Shown one piece after another: positions 33,334-46,093 of a stretch of DNA of 64,000 nucleotides. Location of the stretch: the NCBI GenBank assembly GCA_047495785.1, contig JBLDXI010000001.1:5022001-5086000 (forward strand), read 5' to 3'. Both the position numbers and the translations under genes were made by a program. The notes beneath the pieces are model-generated. The model was not told the origin of the DNA. It did no database searches and saw nothing but the letters and a program-made list of their open reading frames with translations. This DNA comes from Lepidodermella squamata. Its lineage: Eukaryota > Animalia > Gastrotricha. Position 1 is the stretch's first letter; each line of letters starts with the position of its first letter.

Positions 33334-36196
33334 ATGGTCTTCCGGGTGAGAAGTCGGTACCTGGCTCGTCTGCTGTCGCCGGCTACCGCTGCTGATCAAA
33401 TCGGTAAGCTGCTTACATTTTCAGATGCGTTTTCGAAATTCTCCGAGCCAATCGAACTTTCACCACCTTCAATAGGGGGATCCAAAACTCAAATTACCAA
33501 GCCTTCTAGCCGTACGATTTGATGACATAGCGATATCATGTTAATGACTATTAAACGAATCCAGTCGCCTAAGATGGCCGAATAAAAGCCAAAACATCGG
33601 AATGTGCGACTGGATTCGTTCTATAGTCATTACCAAGCCTTGTGATATTAAGCTTGAGCATAAATATTGATCTTCAGGACTCCCGTAACGTTTGTTTAGG
33701 TTAACATTTACGAACCTAATTATTTTTCGATTACCTCATGATGATTCTCGACTCTTCGCTTTATCGTGAAACCAAATCTACTATAATTTGAATGGGGAGA
33801 AAACAGGTTTTAAAGTTGGGCGTTTACGAGTTATTTTGTTTACATCAAAGCCAAGTTCGGTTCTTGTGATTTCCTTGGACAAAGGCTGATGCTCGCCCAA
33901 AAAATGAAGACCCATTACGGAACTAATTATATTTTAATTTTAATGATTTGCAGCCAGTGCTCAAGCGAGTGCATGCATCGTCGCGCCTGTCAGTCCGCGT
34001 GACATCAGCGTGCTGGTGGCGTCGAGACGCGCGTTCGCAGTGGGCGCCTTCTGCGGCGTGCGCTACGGCCCCCGCGGCACCGGCTCGCCCGGCTCCACCC
34101 TCGGCGGCTCGGCTGGCGGTGGCGCCGGAGGGGTGATAGGTGGAGGCGGCGATGGCGACTCCACGACCGGGTCTTCGTCGTCGAATGGCGGCGGCGGGCT
34201 GCGGTGTCCGAAATGCGGCGAGCCGTGCTCGAATGTCGAAATTCTCGTGTCTTCATCGCGCTTCGTGAAATGCGAGCGCTGCCTTCACTTCTTCGTCGTG
34301 CTATCCGAGGCGGACTCGACGCGCCGGCCGGGTGTGCCGGGGCCCACAACGGCGACTGGTTCGCCGAAAGACGCCGAGGCGCTGAACGCGGCAGCGGCGG
34401 CGGCGAAAAGCAAACGCCGGCCACCGCCTCCGCCGCGCCAGATCTTCGAGTACCTGTCGAAGCACGTCATAGGCCAAGACGATGCCAAAAAGGTGCGTTC
34501 CATTCGCGTTCTGAATCAAACACTGTTGATAGGCTTCACAACCATTGAATAATTTTCAGCAGTTGAACGCAGTTTCAAGGTCTATTTGCGTCGAAACTAC
34601 GCGCAATTTGTTAGGATTGCATAGTTTATAAAAACGAGTAGAATCGCATGCACTGCTCCGTTTGGAGCCAATCAAAGCTTGAATGCAGTCAGAACTCGCT
34701 ATAGTACACTTTCACGGGGGACAAGAAAAAGGTGTAGCTAAGCGAAAAGTGTACCCTTGCGAGTCAAAATGACCTTGTTAGCTCATGATTGGGACCGGTC
34801 GAAAAGTGTACTATACCGGAGTGTACTGTGGCGAGTATTGACTGTATACGAGTTCTCATGACCAAATACCATGTCAAAGCAAAATGCTGTAAAATTATTA
34901 TACACTTGGTATCGGTTGCGATTACAAAGTTAACGCTTAATGCATCTGAACTCCCTACGATTACGAAACAACTTCTTGATACGGCCGTATAGGATGTACT
35001 GAAACTGCATCGTGGGGAACTAGAAAATCTGGAACCTCGAGTAATTCGGTTTTTGAAAATTGATTCTCAAGTGTGGCATTTGGAATGTACTTTTCGGCCT
35101 CCTGATGCCTGAAACGTTGCCTTCGATCATTTTGTCTGAAGAAAAATAAACAAGGAATCCCTGGTTTCTGAAGTTGTAATTGCCAACTACCTAATAAATA
35201 GATCCAGAGCTCCTTGAAAGTTCGCCGAATAAATAATGGCCGATGATTTCCTCCTAGTAGAATGATATGTGACACACGAAATACCAAACCATAAATGTCG
35301 TTTGTTTTTGTTTTAACAGGTATTAGCCGTGGCCGTGTACAATCACTACAAACGCGTGTATAAAAACAGCGACTCGAAAGCGTTGACCGACGCCGAAGCC
35401 GCCGCCGCCGCAGCAGGAGCCGGCAATGCGAATGGTGCATCGCCGTTCCCGATGTCGCCGCGTGACCTGCTGTCGCTGTCGCACCCGTCCGTACTCGGCC
35501 CGTCGTTGACGCAGCCGCCGCCGCTGAATCAGCAGCCTCCTCAGCAACCACTATCATCACCTCAGCAACACCAGCATTCTCAACAGACGCAATCGGCTGG
35601 TGCTGGTGGTGCTGGTCGGCAGGTGGATTTGTCGGCGGACAAGGAAGAACCGCTGCGGCTGGAAAAGTCGAACATTTTGCTGCTGGGGCCGACTGGGTCG
35701 GGCAAGACGCTGCTGGCGCAGACGCTGGCGCGGTGCCTGGACGTGCCGTTCGCGATCGCCGACTGCACGACGCTGACGCAGGCCGGCTACGTGGGCGAGG
35801 ACGTCGAGTCGGTGATCGCGAAGCTGCTGCAGGACGCCAACGGCAACGTCGAGCGCACGCAGCAGGGCATCGTCTTCCTCGACGAGGTCGACAAGATCGG
35901 CGCCATCCCAGGTATGTGCATTTACTGCCATGATCATCTGGTGTACCTTACGCCACGACGAAAATGGGCAAATGATTGTTTGCGTCTGCAAAGCAATTTC
36001 AATCACTGGCTAAAATTGTGTTGGTCCAGAATTTCAAGTCTGCTGTGACTTTTTCTTGAAATGGCAACTCTTTTTGAAGCTAATTTAAATGAACCGGAAT
36101 AGGGGTTGGAAAAATTGTGAAGAACTTATTGTGAATTTGCATGGAACTTACCTGGTTTCATTGCCACAAGAGATACTTTTGCAGTACCTTGTGGGT

Positions 36197-36237
<41 letters not shown>

Positions 36238-37779
36238 TACTTGAATTGTTGGATTGAATTCTATTTTAATTTGTGTTCCCGTCAGGCATCCACCAGCTGC
36301 GAGATGTTGGCGGCGAGGGCGTGCAGCAGGCGTTCCTGAAGATGCTCGAGGGCTCGATCGTGAACGTGCCGGAGAAGAGCTCGCGCAAGTTCCGCGGCGA
36401 GACGGTCGCCGTCGACACGACCAACGTGCTGTTCATCGCCGGCGGCGCGTACAACGGCCTCGACCGCATCGTCTCGCGCCGCCGCAACGAAAAGTACATC
36501 GGCTTCGACGCCAGCAGCGGCTCGGCGGCGGGCGGCGAGGGCCGGCGAGCGGCCACCCTCGCCTCGCAGCGCCAGCTCGCCGAGGGCGAGGACGCCGCCG
36601 CCGAGAACGAGGAGCGCGATCGCCTGCTCAGGCAAGTTTTACACCGAAATCTTGACTTTGGCTGGACTTCACTCCCCATAGTCTAGTTTTCTTGCTGATT
36701 CAACATCTGCCACCGTTTGATTATTGCCGGTTTGAATTAGCCGAAAAGCTGAACAGGAAAAATGAAGACTTCTTAGCCTGTTTTGCACCCTAGCCAAAAT
36801 TCAATAGAAATGTGGAATGTACTCATTTTTCGCTTATTTTTTGTTATCGCAAGAATGGAAATTGCACACTCTCATGCTCTCAGCATACTATTGCTATTCA
36901 TAATGCCTCATCCAAAATTTCTATTCACTAAATGGGCACAGTTGGGCGTTCCTTGCAATTTTCAATTCCAATAATTTCTATAATTTCAATTTTCGATAAG
37001 TAAAGGAAGCAGAGGAGACACGCAGAAAAGATTCCCATGGCCAGAATATTCGATGTCATAATGAAAATAATCATTGAATTTGTTAACAGCCTTTAGAAAT
37101 TCGATCCAATTCGGTGAAATGCCGATAATTAGTGAACCAGCAGGGTTTTCTGGGTTTTCTTTTTGGGTAGTAAAAGCAAATATACTATCATCGTCTTCTT
37201 TTGCCACTTTTTTGCTTAAGCCAGAACCTGAAATTTTCAAAAAATTCGATTTTAATTAAAAAAATTCTAATTAAATTCCCGTGTTTCTGTAGGCATGTCG
37301 AGGCTCGCGACCTGATCGAGTTTGGCATGATCCCTGAGTTCGTCGGCCGATTCCCGGTCGTGACGGCCGTGCGCAGCCTGGACGAGGCGATGCTGGTGCG
37401 CATTCTGTGCGAACCGCGCCACGCCCTCGTCGCGCAGTTCCACGCGCTCTTCGCCATCGACAACTGCGAGCTGGACGTGACGCCCGACGCGCTGCGGGCG
37501 ATCGCTCGCGAGGCGGTGCGCCGCAAGACGGGCGCGCGCGGCCTGCGCTCGGTGCTCGAGCGCCTGCTCCTCGACGCCATGTTCGAAGTGCCCGGCTCGG
37601 ACATCTCGCGCGTCATCCTGCACGAAGGTTGTGTGCTGCGCAGCGAGCCCGTCGAGTACGTCCGCCGATCAACTTCGGCTTCGACTTCGGCCTCGACTTC
37701 AACGTCGAATGTGTCCACGATTTCACGGCGGGCTGGTGCCGAAATTGTCGAAAAATCTGTCGCCGAGGGCGCAGTGTGA
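33334..37779 (+). CDS. CLPX: Mitochondrial ATP-dependent Clp protease ATP-binding subunit ClpX
   Basis: Exons 33334-33403, 33954-34491, 35320-35911, 36286-36631, 37293-37779. Zn finger CPKC...[55 protein letters not shown]. Confidence 0.95.
33545..33632. repeat. Small inverted-repeat element (MITE-like) in CLPX intron 1
   Basis: taatgactattaaacgaatccagtcgc ... gcgactggattcgttctatagtcatta, arms of about 27 bp. Confidence 0.6.
34686..34844. mobile_element. 159-bp pogo/Tigger-like MITE in CLPX intron 2
   Basis: TIRs cagtcagaactcgctatagtacact / agtgtactgtggcgagtattgactg. TA on the right and TG on the left. Confidence 0.65.
36199..36232. repeat. (CT)n microsatellite
   Basis: Direct reading. Confidence 0.9.
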
Positions 37780-38744
37780 TATGCGACTACTTCGACTACT
37801 ACTATGAACCAAGTTTTTGATATGAAAGCAAACCGCAAGTGAATGAATATTGATTGCCCCAATAAATCGAGTCTGGTTATAGCTTGTTGCAATTTTCCTG
37901 TTCCAATTCAACTCATGTTTTATGTCGGCGAATAAATTATTACGACCTATCAATTTTTTGTAATGAAAATTAACCAGGTGTAGTATTGTAGTTGTTGCTT
38001 CTGTTCGCGGTACCTACCTACCATGTGTCTGACACAGCAGCGGCCCTTGTAGCTCGCTGTCTTGCCTGCTGTTGTTTATTTTTGTTTGTTCGTTTCCGAT
38101 GGTGATGATTATGATGACGATGTATGTGTTCAATCTCTCGCTGTACATGTGTTTTTCTTCGGGAAATGGGGCCTTTCACTTCGATATGTAGTGCATTTCT
38201 TGCTTTTGTAAATAGAAAAAAGAGATAGATGCCACTCTTTATGTTTTGCTGGTTAAGATTTATATCATTATAGACGCAAATTCAACCCACGACAAACATG
38301 ATTTAAATGCGAACTATTTTGTCGAATAATCTACAGTAGGGGAGAGAAGTAAGTAGAAAGTCCGTACAATCCTTTTAACAATCTGATCAAATAAATGTGA
38401 TATTCGTATCGGAAACTATGCGACGTAGGATGAGCGTTCAAAACGCCGTTTCTGACTGTGTATCTTGTAGCCGTCTCTCTTCGTGTCGTCTTGGTTTAAT
38501 TTCGTTCGTTTGCACCTTGAAAAGGGAAAATGGTCAAAATTTGTACTATTACTCATATTATATAATATGATAATAAAAAAATCAATTATTTGAAATACAG
38601 CAAACGACTTTTTCAACCGTTTATTTGCATGAGGCAGTATTTAAAAAGTTCAAATAATAATTGCAGGTAAAAACGTGTGAGGCTGCCATGCTATAAATAA
38701 TTGGTGCGAAAATGCGGGCACGTTTGAATAAATGCTGTCAGATT

Positions 38745-40122
38745 TTACAGCCAATTCGAAGGTGGATTCGTTGTGATGAAAATGATGGCGACTATGATGC
38801 CGGCGGAAATGATGAGGCCGAACAGGATGACCACAATGCCGACCGCGTGCAGGCACGGGTCGCCAGATTCGAATATACTCATTTTACTATATCGATCAAT
38901 CTAAAACTAAAAACACTTTCGCATAATACTTACTTTGCCAACCGGGGTGACTTTGCGCAGTCGGGTCGCTGAGACATGCGAAAATTGGGCGACTTTGGCT
39001 TATCATAAGTCGAAAATGGGACGGTAAAGATCCCATGAATGGGGTACCGTTGGAAAAGGCCAGACTGGATTTGTGTCATGCACATCAATAGAATACATTT
39101 CGAGGCATAAAATACTAGGTAGCGTTATTTTGAATTTTTTATTTCAATTAAAACTTCGGGGCCTGCCCACTCAAAATGGGAATAATATGACATTCTCAGA
39201 TTACCTTTTATACAGGCTATCCAACGGGTCTTTTTTATACCATTTTCAATTTTTGATATGCCAAAGTCCCCCCCCCCCCCTCCCCGCCCCATTTTTGCAT
39301 TTTCGCAGTTGGCTCCGCTTCTCAAACTGGCTTGTAACCATTTTGAGTATGCTGAGCCAGCTGAGGTTGAAGGAGTTCGCCAGGGAAATTCGGAAAAATA
39401 GGGCTTAAGACGTCATCTTTCGCTCTCCGGTTTTAGAGAGTGATGAATTCTTGTTAGGAAATTCTCTCAAATATCGTTAGTTCATGTTCGCAACCATCTT
39501 CATTCTACTTGAGATCCGCAAAAACTTTGGGAATCCGAGATGGGAAATATTGAAAATATGGCGGGGTAAGTTTTAGCGCAGCATCTGAGGTGTTTCTCAC
39601 GTATGAGCAAGAATATTTTATCAAGAGGCTCGCACAAGGTTCAATCAGCCGATTTCAGGCGACAGACAGGAATTTTCGAGTGAGATAGTTGCTAAAATAT
39701 TGGAATTATTTAAATTTCAAAAATGTTCAGGCTAGTTATTCCACTCACCATTATTTAATTAAGCCAAAAAGCTGCTGCAAGAGAAACAAGTGACATTTTA
39801 AGACCGTCGTGTAAATAAATCAAGTACAAATGAAGCTAGAAATCTGGCATTTCAGCTTGCTTTGGAATCGATGAATCGGTGATTAAGACAATCGGGGGGT
39901 GGTTGGAAGTTTGAGGCTGAAGCCCTATTCTAACCCATTAGAGAAGTTGCATTGGAAAGAAACGACGCTACGCATTGTATCTATGGCTAGTTTGTTGCTG
40001 GTTGTTTGAGAAGCGAAATTCAGGTCCCGGCTAGCAGCGCAAGTTCCGGGAATTGCGTACCAACTCTTCGACACGTCGCGTCTGAATGGGTATAACAAAA
40101 AACTGGACCAAAAATGCGGCAT
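38745..40122 (-). CDS. Unannotated single-pass membrane microprotein (67 aa if two-exon; 45 aa if started at 38882)
   Basis: 38882-38745 reads MSIFESGDPCLHAVGIVVILFGLIISAGIIVAIIFITTNPPSNWL* with C/G-ending codons in an AT-rich setting. Upstream exon 40122-40061 (donor GTACGC) splices in frame to the acceptor at 38887. AATAAA near 38620. Confidence 0.6.
38930..39070 (-). mobile_element. Truncated relative of the 16154-16774 MITE
   Basis: ggggtgactttgc, gggcgactttg and ggggtaccgttggaaa are reverse complements of blocks in 16650-16760. Confidence 0.6.
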
Positions 40123-40639
40123 GTGCGCCGGAAGCGCGTCTCACTTTGCGAGTGCGAAATCTCGCACGTGTCCAACTCGGCGATGACCCTAAATCCGTGT
40201 TTGCTCGTACCTGCGCTGGCGAGACGTGAGAAAAATGACACATCATTTTTTCGGCAAAATCTGTCTCTTTTATTATTGTTATTATTATTCCGTTTTTTTT
40301 CGTTTGTATAATTTCACTTTCTGCAATATCATTCGATGATACGATCGATCGAGTGTAGTAAGTAGACGTAATTATTATTATTATTGTAATAACAATATCA
40401 ATGAAGCTCTTCTCCGTTTTCAGAAAATAAACGCAGCAACAAAATGGCACGAGAAGTAGAGTGAAGGAATTTAGATCGCTAAAAGATCATTCACGAAGTA
40501 GAACAAGAAGAGGCGCGAGATGCTTCGAAGAGAGAGAACAACACAGCCGTCGTCGCATCGACGCCACATCGACGACGACGACAATGTTGTTGTGATGAGG
40601 AAGACTAGCAAATTCGAAATCGGAAGTTCTCCGCACTGG

Positions 40640-41765
40640 CTACAACTCCTCCTCGTCGTCGTCGTCGACTGGCAGCGCGTGCATGCGAGGATCTGCCGCG
40701 CCCATGCCGTTGTTGTTGCTGTTCATGGTCGCCGCCGCGAAGACACTTGTCGTCGACGACGAGCCGCTGGACGCCGCCGACGAGTTGGAGCTGCGCGCCG
40801 CCAGCGACGCCAGTTTCGCCGCCACTTCGTTGGCCGCCAGCTGCGACGCCGCCATCGCGTTCGCCGACGACTGGCCGAACGAGCCCATCGGCTGCAGCGG
40901 CATGTGCTGCTGGGACGACGGCGCTGTTGCCGCTGCTACGCTCGTGCACGACATGCGAGCCAGCGTGTCCGGCAGGTCCGAGACTGACACGAACGAAACC
41001 TGAAAGCAAATCAACCAGTTTTACACATCTGAGCCTTCGATAAATTCCCAAGGCGGAAATTTAAAACTGATGCATGTTTTTCTAATCGGAGAAAATACAT
41101 CTCAGCTGTTTTTCCTGCTAGGTCTGATTTCACATGCACATGTGTGTCCGGCTGGGTCACAGCGACTACCCGTTTTGTGTTTATGAAAATAAGGCAAAAA
41201 AGTAGCGAGCGGACTAGCGCAATAGAAACTTTCTGCGAAATCAGAAACTGATAGGAAACAAGTTCCAAGTATAGCATGCAAGTGTTGATTTTCCGATCAA
41301 TTTCTCCATCATATGCTTGAAAATTCAAAGATTCGACTTATCGGCTCGGATGAGAAAAAAATCCGCCGTGAAAGGGTTATTTCGCTAATGTTATTGGAGT
41401 TTCATATTTGACTTGGAAAATGGAAGACCCATTGGTTAATTTCGATCAAATTTAACAACACCAGAAAAGTGAATGAGTAAGGAAATTAATACCGGGTCTT
41501 GTTGTAAGGAGGCGCCATGGCTGGCCTGCGTTGCATTTCGCCTGCCCGTCCGCCCGCTGCGCACGAATTCGCCAAGCACGTCGACTTCGGCGTCCAGGCG
41601 ATACCGCCCCGAGTCGTCAAACTGTTCGGCCTTCATGCGTTTCGCAGCGATTCGGCCGTCGGAGACGCGGCGGAGTGTGCGCGATCCGCCCGATGACGTC
41701 GACGAAGATGAAGAGCCTGTCGGACGTTGTTTGCCGCTGCCATTGACTCGCTTTTTTCCGGGCAT
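40640..41765 (-). CDS. cAMP-dependent protein kinase inhibitor (PKI family), extended form
   Basis: Exons 41765-41493 and 40999-40640 (phase 0). Pseudosubstrate FVRSGRTGRRNA and NES-like DLPDTLARMS. The start could instead be the Met near 41636. Confidence 0.75.
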
Positions 41766-42245
41766 GCGCTTACTTTCTTCTTTCAAAGCAATCTTTCTCT
41801 TTCAACAGCATGTAAGAAAGCTCATGTAAGCAGCGTTAAAGCCCTAAAAACAACACATAGATTATAAGCAAAAATCAGCCATTATTCTCTGGTTCACTCG
41901 GTTCGATAGCAGTTTTATTCTTTGCTTTTCCGTCTTTTCGGCAAAGTCATCATCATCATCATCGGCATCGTCACTAAAAGAGTCGGTGATATACGGCTGA
42001 ATACAAATATTAAATGTAAGCATAGGAATCGTGAGGAAATGTGACACACACGTACACACACACGTACACACAAGAGATGGACGAGGGCGATAGATAAATC
42101 GTCGAAACCTAACATTAAGCAGAAGTGGTTCGCTTTCTGTTCATTTCATATATACCACTGGCACAGAGTAAGGCGATAACAGACACTGTGTTCTCCTAAA
42201 AGATTTTGTCGGCGGCAGCAATCAGCTGATTTGATTACACCTTTA

Positions 42246-43298
42246 CTACGCATGAGTCTCAATGTGCTTGCAAACAGCTTCGGTGAATTCAGAACACGAC
42301 GCCTTGCCGCCCAAGTCGCGAGTGCGCGAATTCGCGTCACGGATCGCTTCAAACGCCGCTGTTTCGATGCGGTCCGCCTTGTCGTTCATCTTCAAATGCC
42401 GCAGCATCATCACGCCAGACAGCAGCAGCGCAGTCGGGTTCGCCTTGTCCTGGCCCGCAATATCAGGCGCAGTACCGTGAACTGCCTCGAAAATCGCAGC
42501 CCCATTCTCGCCGATATTGCCAGATGGTGTTACACCCAGACCACCGACAAGACCAGCGCACAGATCGGACAAAATGTCACCGTACAAGTTCGGCATGACC
42601 AGCACGTCATATTGGCCGGGGTCTTGAACGATGTTTAGACAAACCGTGTCTAGATACTGCTCGTTGAACCTGACGTCGCGGTATTTATGTGCGACTTCAC
42701 GGCAGCAACGCAGGAACAGACCGTCAGACATTCGCATGATATTGGCCTTGTGAACGGCGGTTACCGTCTGCCGGCCGTTCGCTTTCGCGTATTCAAACGC
42801 GAACTCGGCAACGCGACGTGACGCGCGCTCAGTAATGAGTTTGATCGATTGAACGACGCCGTCGACAACTGCGTGCTCAATGCCCGAGTATTCGCCCTCA
42901 GTATTTTCGCGGATAGTGACGAGGTTGACTTTATCATATGCTGTCTTGAAGCCTTCGATTGAACGGCACGGCCGAACGTTTGCGTAGAGGTCAAAGACTT
43001 TACGCAGCGCCAAATTCAGTGACTTGTGACCCTTGCCGATAGGCGTGGCAAGAGGACCTTTTAAAGCGATTCCGTTGCGTTTAACAGACTCGAGAGCGCG
43101 GGATGGGATCGACATTGTGCCATCAGGGTTGGCCACCGGAGTAACGTCGACCGTTTCCCATTCGATAGGTACTTTGGCCGCAGCAAAAATCTTCTTCACT
43201 GAGTTCGAGATCTCAGGGCCAATGCCATCGCCAGGTATCAGCGATACTTTCCGCAAGCCGTTTCCGGCCGAAGAGCTCATCATGCGTCGAATCATCAT
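42246..43298 (-). CDS. IDH3A: Mitochondrial NAD-dependent isocitrate dehydrogenase subunit alpha
   Basis: [69 protein letters not shown]. Intronless. Confidence 0.96.
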   Translation of the reverse strand: MMIRRMMSSSAGNGLRKVSLIPGDGIGPEISNSVKKIFAAAKVPIEWETVDVTPVANPDGTMSIPSRALESVKRNGIALKGPLATPIGKGHKSLNLALRKVFDLYANVRPCRSIEGFKTAYDKVNLVTIRENTEGEYSGIEHAVVDGVVQSIKLITERASRRVAEFAFEYAKANGRQTVTAVHKANIMRMSDGLFLRCCREVAHKYRDVRFNEQYLDTVCLNIVQDPGQYDVLVMPNLYGDILSDLCAGLVGGLGVTPSGNIGENGAAIFEAVHGTAPDIAGQDKANPTALLLSGVMMLRHLKMNDKADRIETAAFEAIRDANSRTRDLGGKASCSEFTEAVCKHIETHA

Positions 43299-44324
43299 TG
43301 CTGAAGATTAGGGATAAATAATAAGAAAACCTAGGTTAAACAATTGTTTCAATTCAATGGCCAACATGTGAGAAGAATTCTGATCTTCCTTCTTCGACAG
43401 TAAACGACGCCAATCACTTCACACGAATAATAACTTGAATAAAAGCAAAATAGGAGATAAGCTGAGACCTGAGACTTGGATATTAGCAGATGGCAGATGG
43501 AAGATAGCCTCGGACCTCGGATGCCCGACCCGAGCAGGTAGATTCATTCCCGCAGCGCAGAGAGCGAGACGACCCCTTCATTCATTTTTTCGACTCATCA
43601 CCAAAGTGAAGGTGAACACCTGAGACCTTCCGAAAATTATTTCATATATTAAATACGTCCAATAGCTCATATTTGATCATATTTAATTTTATCATTCATG
43701 CAAACAAAGCAAATATCGGGTACATAACTTTTTTTTAGTTTCGCGAGTCATCGCGACGCGTCAGCTGTTCGTCTGCGTCTCAAGTCTCAAGTCAGGCGAC
43801 TGGTGTTGGTTCTTGCCATCCAAAGCAATCGTTGACCATATCCGTGGGTGTTAACTTTAAAGTTTGCATGCGCAGTTTGGCAGTAATTCTAGTATAGCAG
43901 CTTGAACATGAAGACAGTGAAATTCTGTGCCTGTAGATTTTTATTGAACTTGCTCTGCCGAGAATTTCCATTTTTCACAACCCGACACGGCATTTCATCG
44001 TTTCGCATCAACCAGCCATTGCTGCTAAGAGTTGCTGCTTAGTATTAGTAGATGAAGGAAACCATGCTATATCTCATGTTTTTTGATTATTATGATGAAA
44101 TTGTTCAATTTTTAGTTTTAATTTCCGAGCCATTTTCACCTCCCTTCACGAAATTGATAATGGTGATTATCGAGATTCTGGCTATATTTATGCAATGTTG
44201 AAGAGTGACGATCGAATTTAATGGAACTGAAGCCACAACGAGCAATGAGCTGACAATCATCATTATTGATTAGAATTTTTATATCGATAAGTTCTATCAT
44301 TTCTCTTGCTGTAGTTGTATTGAA

Positions 44325-45318
44325 ATGGAGGGTAATTTATCGAAAGCTGAAATTGACTTTTATCGCTTGCTCGTGAGATGCGAGTCATTTGTCAATGAAG
44401 AATCCTCAAAACTAAAACCGTGGCGAATGAAAGCAGTAAGTTATTACACAGTGTATGATATAGAACAAACACACTTTATACCTATTTGTTTCAGTACGTA
44501 GCGACGCTGCGAAACCAGTTCATCGATTTGAAAAAGAAACCATCAGCTTTGAATCTAAGAGAATGCGGTAGAAGGCTAGATGACCTTCAAAATTCGCTGG
44601 TCGGAGATGAAGTATTTTTGCATTCAATTCAACCTCATTTATCATTTCTGAATCTGTTTTCTCATCTTAGAACGTGCACACGTCAGATGAACTGAAAATT
44701 CCCGGAAAACTTATTTCATCGCCTTTGAACGACCCCGAAACCAGCGAAAAAGACATTCGACATAAAGTACACATTGAGCAGGAAATGCGGCAACGCCTGC
44801 TTCGCAATTCCAGTTCGTAATTTGCAGTATCCTATGGCTTCATTGCTTATTTTATTTTATAACTTGAGCAGATAGATCAGCAGAGCCGCAAACCAGGCCA
44901 GCTAGTACAAGTCATGCATCTGAGGCTTCTGAGCAGTTGACGAAAGAAGAGGTCGAACGCATTGTCGAGCAGCATCGCAAAATTCAAGAAAAACAGGTCG
45001 AGCAACTCGTGTCTCTCGTTCGCGACCTGAAAGAATCGGCGAGCGAGGCAAATCAAATGGTGCGCGAGGACAACAAGGTATGTTGCTGCAAATCTGTGTT
45101 GCCTTGTCTATCATTTCATGTCCTGTATTTTTCAGACGCTGAGTCAAGCGAATATCGTTGCAAGCCGCAACATGGACGATTTGGGTGTTCAGAAAAAACG
45201 CTTAGACGAAGCTGTTTCTAAATCAGGAACCTGGTGGTTGTGGCTGCTCATTGGCGCCGTCGTCGCCATTTTCGTCGGCATGATTTTGTTTATGAAGCTT
45301 TTCCAAAAACGGCAATAA
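44325..45318 (+). CDS. USE1: ER SNARE USE1
   Basis: Five exons (about 44325-44435, 44495-44611, 44671-44811, 44872-45077, 45137-45318). EIDFYRLLVRCE...WR...YV N-terminus, SNARE coil, C-terminal TM WWLWLLIGAVVAIFVGMILFMKLF. Confidence 0.85.
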
Positions 45319-46093
45319 ATTATAATTATCTGAATAAAATGACTCAAAACTGCTTCAAAAAGACGTGTTCATGTTTCACAGCGGTCCTTTTACTGATGTA
45401 AATAATGCTTTTGCTGCGGACACCGGCCGGTAATTGATAGTAATGCTCTCATGCAAGACATACGATTCATTCATATCATCAACTGACTGGACAAACAGTA
45501 GATTTATCGGGTTTTTAGCAGAAGGACACGATAGTAGGGGTGTAAATTGCCATTAAATGATGACATAAATGTTAAATTTGTTTTATAGCAGCACGAACAC
45601 TACTGCGAAATGACTATATTGAAATAAGTAAAGACTTCGCATCAAATTCTGGAATTTATTCTGTATTTTCTTCAATCATTGTTTCATAATTGATAAAAGC
45701 AATTAAGACCTACTATAAAAGAAATAAGCACGTTGAACGAGAGAGAGAGAGCGCGACAAGTTCTATATCAATTTGTTGATCTTGTAAAAACGAACCGCAA
45801 AGAAAACATTTCTCCACCATCTTTTGCTACGCAGCACTTCCAATAGGAAGAAAACATCCATTTCATATCATTCTCTTTATATCGTTTAACACAGCTAGGA
45901 TGATGATACGTAGGCACCGCGAGATGGCTCGCGAAGTCACAGCATATGACCACGAGACAGTGTCACAATCGGCACTTGACTTCTTGTCTCATATATATAT
46001 GTAGAGTAAGAACGCGCACACACACGCACATTAAATGTTACAAGTTATAAGTAGAAGTAATTAGTTATTTAGCAAATTAATTAGTAAGGGCGA

